Source: an uncultured Bdellovibrionales bacterium (lineage in GTDB: Bacteria; Patescibacteriota; Minisyncoccia; Moranbacterales; GWC2-37-73). From it: 64,000 nt of DNA. Below the pieces are notes generated by a model. It did not search any database and was not told the DNA's origin. It saw nothing but the letters and a program-made list of their open reading frames with translations. The stretch covers positions 94-64,093 of the forward strand of contig CAZSTB010000007.1 in NCBI GenBank assembly GCA_964609855.1. Direction: 5' to 3'. The position numbers were made by a program, and so were the translations under genes. Every line of letters starts with the position of its first letter. Within the stretch, counting starts at the first letter, position 1. Positions 59,275-64,000 of this stretch are shown in pieces.

Positions 59275-59679
59275 TTAATTCAGCCTGAAAATTTTAGTTA
59301 CCATTTCCATCTTATACATAATAGGCAAATCATTTTCAGGAAAATCAAATTTTTCTTTCACTCCATCATCTTCATGAATCATGGCATGCAGGGTCGGTGT
59401 CGCCCTGGGAACATCAACTTTCACCTTCACATCATTATTAACTCCCGGATTTATTTTGGTGTATCCAATTACTGGTCCTGGCACTCCATCATCATTTGTT
59501 TGAATAACTAGCCAGCCAGACTTGGATGAAGAAACTTCTGACACAGTTATTTCTCCATTCAAATCACGCTGATCTGAAACTGAAACGCTTGGAACAATCG
59601 AGGTCTTTTGATTAAAAACGAAAACGAGCACTGCGGCAACCACTAAGAATAAAATTCCGAAAATATATTGTTTTTTCAT
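59275..59679 (-). CDS. Membrane-anchored DUF7282-like protein downstream of copA
   Basis: VSDQ, GWLVI, GPVIG, AMIHEDDG. Confidence 0.65.
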   Translation of the reverse strand: MKKQYIFGILFLVVAAVLVFVFNQKTSIVPSVSVSDQRDLNGEITVSEVSSSKSGWLVIQTNDDGVPGPVIGYTKINPGVNNDVKVKVDVPRATPTLHAMIHEDDGVKEKFDFPENDLPIMYKMEMVTKIFRLN

Positions 59680-59772
59680 ATTTTTTTCAGGAGGCGAAAC
59701 CGAATTTCGCCTCCGTTAATTTTAATTTGATTTATTGTCCACCAAGCTATGCTATCGAAAGGTTAGGAACGT

Positions 59773-62700
59773 TTACATTTTGATTTGAAAATCATTTCCC
59801 ACGAAGTGGAAATTATCCAGCACCGTTTTTGTTTCAGGTAAAATTCCGGCGATGATCACATCATTTCCAAAGAATCCCTCTAGTCGGTCTCCTTCTTTTT
59901 GGAAAAGATTTTCTGCAATCATCATCTTAGCCTCAGCTGCTCCAATGTAGATAGGTTGATATTTCTTAGCCCCGATTGTCACCGCTGAAAATGAATCGCT
60001 GGCGATATTTTTTTGCAGCTTCGTCGGAACATTATTTCCCTCGATTGTATAGAAGAATTTGGCTACGTCGCCGTTCAGAGCAACTCTGGCCTGAGCAGCT
60101 GTCGTAAGATTAGCAAAAGTGTTTTTATTCACAACATGAAGTTCATCCAATTCTGTCCCTGTCGCTTCAGTAATTCCGGAAACTTTCATAGCTGCAATTC
60201 CAAAGAAATCTTTCAATACATCTCCCGGTTTCTGGATAAGTTTTTCTTCCTTCATCATGGCAGCTTCCTTGGCGCCTACAAGCATAGAATTGTCGCCCAG
60301 CAGCGCACTTCCTTCAACTTTAGCCAATGACTCATCGAAAGAATTAACGCCTAGGAAAACTTTCGGCTCACCTTCAGCAAAATTAATTTTCAAACTTCCT
60401 TGCGCCATGAATGCACTAGCCTTTTTCATCATCTGCTCGCTGACAGGTTTCCCTGAAGCATCAGCTTCCATCCCACTTGAGAATTTGGCAAATTCATAAA
60501 ATCCAAAAGTAAACACCGCCATCATGATAATCGGCGCAACAATTGAAATGTAATTTCTTTTGCCAGGCTTGAACAATTTAAGCAGTAGCGAATTTCCCAC
60601 GACCGAGATTGAACTCAAGGCCATCGCAAGTCCCGCAAGTTCAGGTTTAAGCACGAGTCCGAAAGCGAAAAACACACGAGCCGCAATCGGAATTCCGATC
60701 ACATTATAGAACAAGGCGAAGAACATATTCTGACGAATCTTACTCATTGTTTCTTTTGAAAGCTCGAAAGAAGTTACAACGTCGTTAAGATCACTTTTCA
60801 TAATCACAATGTCTCCTGCTTCCATCGCAACGTCAGTTCCGCTTCCCATCGCAATTCCCACATTGGCCTGAGCCAGCGCCGGCGCATCATTAACACCGTC
60901 TCCAACCATGGCAACTTTCTTGCCGGTTGCTTGGATTTTCTTCACTTCATTAGCTTTGTCCTCAGGCAAAACTTCTGCCAAAATGTTTGTGATTCCCACT
61001 TGAAGCCCAATAGCTTTTGCTGTGCGAGCATTGTCTCCAGTGATCATCCAGACTTCAATTCCCATCTTCTTCAATTTCTCAACAGCTTCTCTGGATGTTT
61101 CTTTGACAGTGTCAGCAACTGCGATGATTCCAACAATTCCTTCTTTAGTAGCTAGAATCATAGCTGTCTTTCCTTGTTCCTCAAGGCGAGCCATCTTGCG
61201 CTCGATTTTTTTGACATCCAATTCCAAAGTTTCAATCATCAACTTTCGAGTTCCGATGTAATAAGTTGTTCCATTAATATCACCTTGCACGCCGCGCCCC
61301 GTGATCGAATTGAAATTAGCAACTTCTTCCAAATCAATATTTTCTTCTTCAGCATGATTGCAAATAGCTTCAGCCAAAGGGTGTTCTGAAAGTTTTTCTA
61401 GACTTGCAGATATTGCTAAAATCTCATCTTCATCTTGAGATCCTAATGCAACTATATCGGTCACTTCCGGTTTCCCATGCGTCAGTGTTCCAGTCTTGTC
61501 GAAAATAACTGCGGAAATGTTGCTGGCGGCTTCCAATGCTTCCCCACCTTTAACCAATACTCCATATTCAGCGCCTTTTCCAGTTCCCACCATCAGTGAG
61601 GTCGGTGTTGCTAAACCAAGAGCACAAGGACATGCGATCACGATTACAGATGTGAAAGCCATGAGTGAGAATGCAAGAGTTGCTCCAAGTGCGAAATACC
61701 AAACTCCGAATGTCAAAATTGCCAAAATGATGACTGCTGGCACAAACCAAGCTGAAATTTTGTCAGCCACATTTTGAATCGGCGCCTTTGATCCCTGGGC
61801 ATCTTCAATCAAACGGATGATTTGGGCCAATGCAGTTTCGCTTCCGACCTTAGTCGCTTCAAATTCGAAACTTCCGGTTTTGTTTACTGTTCCACCAATC
61901 ACGCTGTCACCCACCTTTTTTTCCACTGGCAAACTTTCTCCCGTGATCATAGATTCATCAACAGCGGATGAGCCTTTCATAATTTTTCCATCCACAGGAA
62001 CCTTTTCTCCCGGACGAACAATGATAACATCTCCATGAATCACATCTTCAATAGCGATGTCCAGAGTCTGGCCAGAGCGAATCACACGAGCAGTCTTAGC
62101 TTGCAGCCCCATCAATTTCTTGATTGCATCTGAAGTTTTTCCTTTAGTGCGGATTTCCAGCCATTTTCCAAGAATCACAAAAGTGATCAGATAAGCAGCG
62201 GTTTCAAAATATAGATCAGGAATTTTCATGCCACCGACTCCAATCAAGGAATTGTTTGCAAGCACATAATTCACATAGTTATATAAACTGTAGAAAAAGG
62301 CGGTTGAAGTTCCGATTGCAATCAAACTGTCCATGTTGAAAGTCTTCATCTTGAGTGATGACCACATTCCTTTGTAGAATCCTGCTCCGATAACAAACTG
62401 CACAGGGATTGTGAGGAGCAAAGAGAACACACCGATGTAAGGAGCCAGTGATTTCTCACCCGGAATCCAGTCAGCAAAATCGAAAGCCATAAAATATAGC
62501 ATCGGCAAACTCAAAATGAAACTGAAGATAAACTTACTCCAAAGAGTTGAACTTTCCTTTTCCCTCTTTCGCGTTTCATATTCAGTATCTTTCGCATCAA
62601 CTTGCTCACCCTTATATCCGACTTTCGCAATCGCATCAATCAAATTTTTCGTAGTCGAAACATTTTCGTCAAAAAGAATGGAAGCTTTTTCTGCTGAAAA

Positions 62701-63411
62701 ATTTACCGTAGCCTGCTTAACTCCAGGTGTTTTTTTGAGTTGCCTTTCGATGATGTTGGCACATGAACTGCAATGCATCCCGAAAAGCGAAAGACTCACG
62801 CGCTTGTTTGAATCCGCATCTTTAGTTGCAACATTTGCGGAAGTAGTGGAAACATGATTCTCAATTTGCACAGTCTCGTTTTTAGTTGAAGGTTGTTTTT
62901 TATCGCTTCCAATAACCGCATCAAAAAGATGGGCCATACTTGAAGCTTTCACGAGTTGATCAACGAAACTTTTTGCTTCATTATCTCCAGAGGGAACATC
63001 AAACTCAGCACTTCTGTCGTTTTTTATTTTTCCTTCAAAATACGACTTTCCATCTGCTGATTCCATCACCCTTCCTTCAGCCTCAATCCTTGCTTCCAAT
63101 TTCATCTTGATAGGCTTTCCAGCGGAAACCTTGTTCTGGACGATTGATATTTCCGATTTTTCGATCGGCATTTTCCCATCCTCAAGCATTTCTTCATTTA
63201 CTATTTCCGCCTTATACCCGGCGCGAACAATCGCATCTAGAATGTCTTGATTCTTGTTTTTTTCAGTATCAAGTACAAGCTCTCCTTTTCCGGTTTGAGC
63301 GTCTATCTTGATGTCACTCACTCCTGACAATTCACCAAGTTCCTCCTTAGCAATCATTTCGCATGATGCGCAATGCATACCAACGATCTGCAATGTTATT
63401 TTATGTCTCAT
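59773..63411 (-). CDS. copA: Cu(+)-exporting P1B-type ATPase with two HMA domains and C-terminal extension
   Basis: [52 protein letters not shown]. Confidence 0.95.
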   Translation of the reverse strand: MRHKITLQIVGMHCASCEMIAKEELGELSGVSDIKIDAQTGKGELVLDTEKNKNQDILDAIVRAGYKAEIVNEEMLEDGKMPIEKSEISIVQNKVSAGKPIKMKLEARIEAEGRVMESADGKSYFEGKIKNDRSAEFDVPSGDNEAKSFVDQLVKASSMAHLFDAVIGSDKKQPSTKNETVQIENHVSTTSANVATKDADSNKRVSLSLFGMHCSSCANIIERQLKKTPGVKQATVNFSAEKASILFDENVSTTKNLIDAIAKVGYKGEQVDAKDTEYETRKREKESSTLWSKFIFSFILSLPMLYFMAFDFADWIPGEKSLAPYIGVFSLLLTIPVQFVIGAGFYKGMWSSLKMKTFNMDSLIAIGTSTAFFYSLYNYVNYVLANNSLIGVGGMKIPDLYFETAAYLITFVILGKWLEIRTKGKTSDAIKKLMGLQAKTARVIRSGQTLDIAIEDVIHGDVIIVRPGEKVPVDGKIMKGSSAVDESMITGESLPVEKKVGDSVIGGTVNKTGSFEFEATKVGSETALAQIIRLIEDAQGSKAPIQNVADKISAWFVPAVIILAILTFGVWYFALGATLAFSLMAFTSVIVIACPCALGLATPTSLMVGTGKGAEYGVLVKGGEALEAASNISAVIFDKTGTLTHGKPEVTDIVALGSQDEDEILAISASLEKLSEHPLAEAICNHAEEENIDLEEVANFNSITGRGVQGDINGTTYYIGTRKLMIETLELDVKKIERKMARLEEQGKTAMILATKEGIVGIIAVADTVKETSREAVEKLKKMGIEVWMITGDNARTAKAIGLQVGITNILAEVLPEDKANEVKKIQATGKKVAMVGDGVNDAPALAQANVGIAMGSGTDVAMEAGDIVIMKSDLNDVVTSFELSKETMSKIRQNMFFALFYNVIGIPIAARVFFAFGLVLKPELAGLAMALSSISVVGNSLLLKLFKPGKRNYISIVAPIIMMAVFTFGFYEFAKFSSGMEADASGKPVSEQMMKKASAFMAQGSLKINFAEGEPKVFLGVNSFDESLAKVEGSALLGDNSMLVGAKEAAMMKEEKLIQKPGDVLKDFFGIAAMKVSGITEATGTELDELHVVNKNTFANLTTAAQARVALNGDVAKFFYTIEGNNVPTKLQKNIASDSFSAVTIGAKKYQPIYIGAAEAKMMIAENLFQKEGDRLEGFFGNDVIIAGILPETKTVLDNFHFVGNDFQIKM

Positions 63412-63445
63412 ATTAAGATTAGGTTATTTATTATATTTACAATAT

Positions 63446-63652
63446 TTATTCTTTTTCAATCGTGTGCCCAGCTGCAGCCACCGCCTCTGAAAACTCATTC
63501 ATTGCGATTTCGCGGTCGGCCTCGACAACAGCGTCTCCATTATCCTTGATATCCACACGTTGCACACCCTTAATTTTTTTGATTTTCATGGTCGCCAATT
63601 TAACACAAGACTCGCAATGAAAACCGTTCACTTTGAATTTTATTTCGCTCAT
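63446..63652 (-). CDS. copZ: Copper chaperone (HMA domain)
   Basis: GFHCESC; lies between csoR and copA. Confidence 0.85.
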   Translation of the reverse strand: MSEIKFKVNGFHCESCVKLATMKIKKIKGVQRVDIKDNGDAVVEADREIAMNEFSEAVAAAGHTIEKE

Positions 63653-63666
63653 ATATTTTCTTAATC

Positions 63667-63939
63667 TTATTTGTTAGATAACTTGGTAACTTTCAGGATT
63701 TCATCTATCATCTGATCATGTTTTTTCGCACTGTCGGAATTAAACGCATCAGTGAAACATCCTCGCAAATGGCCTTCCATGATCATGCTATTGGCGCTGC
63801 GAAGCAGTCCAATGACCGCCAAATTCTGCTGCATGATATCAATACAATATTTGTCCTCCTCTATCATCGAGATTATCTTATCAACATGAGAGCGGGCTTT
63901 CTTAAAATTTGTCAGTGACAACTCCTTTGATTTTTTCAT
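63667..63939 (-). CDS. csoR: Copper-sensing repressor
   Basis: YCIDIMQQ...HLRGC (C-H-C ligand set). Confidence 0.88.
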   Translation of the reverse strand: MKKSKELSLTNFKKARSHVDKIISMIEEDKYCIDIMQQNLAVIGLLRSANSMIMEGHLRGCFTDAFNSDSAKKHDQMIDEILKVTKLSNK

Positions 63940-63976
63940 GATGTTTTACTTACTTAATTATATTATTTAATTGCCA

Positions 63977-63999
63977 TACCTATACCTATGGTATAGGTA
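63977..63999. promoter_or_regulatory. Putative CsoR operator
   Basis: TACCTATACC-TAT-GGTATAGGTA palindrome upstream of csoR. Confidence 0.7.
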
Positions 64000-64000
64000 C

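Overview
AT-rich bacterial chromosome segment, genetic code 11 (TGA is used as a stop). Gene content and style suggest Patescibacteria/CPR, Parcubacteria- or Moranbacteria-like; this assignment is an inference. Housekeeping genes include miaA, gatB, dut, folA, thyA, secE-nusG-rplK-rplA, tRNA-Ala, tRNA-Ile, trxB, rlmN, leuS, folD, tgt, recO, ileS, argS, rsmI, uvrA and a csoR-copZ-copA operon. No CRISPR array, rRNA, integrase or transposase was recognised. Most notable: (1) a head-to-head Elp3 + Trm9/ALKBH8-like methyltransferase pair, suggesting a eukaryote/archaea-type mcm5U34 pathway in a bacterium; (2) a TGTC-tagged REP/REPIN-like palindrome family and a family of inverted 7-8-mer repeat arrays, both found between genes and also inserted in frame into RNA-modification enzymes (MiaA, Elp3, RlmN, Tgt, Trm9-like); (3) a nine-gene pyrimidine nucleotide cluster with two HxHxQ HIT proteins, a cytidylyltransferase and a fused deaminase; (4) an ileS T-box with an ultrashort stem I and a transcription terminator; (5) a duplicated surface-fibre module with an S74-chaperone protein; (6) unusual fusions (HTH-NRAMP, LysM-putative beta-barrel, extended CopA and ABC ATPase); (7) a 39-bp tRNA-Ile 3' duplication resembling an att scar. 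All calls come from reading motifs by eye; no database search was run.
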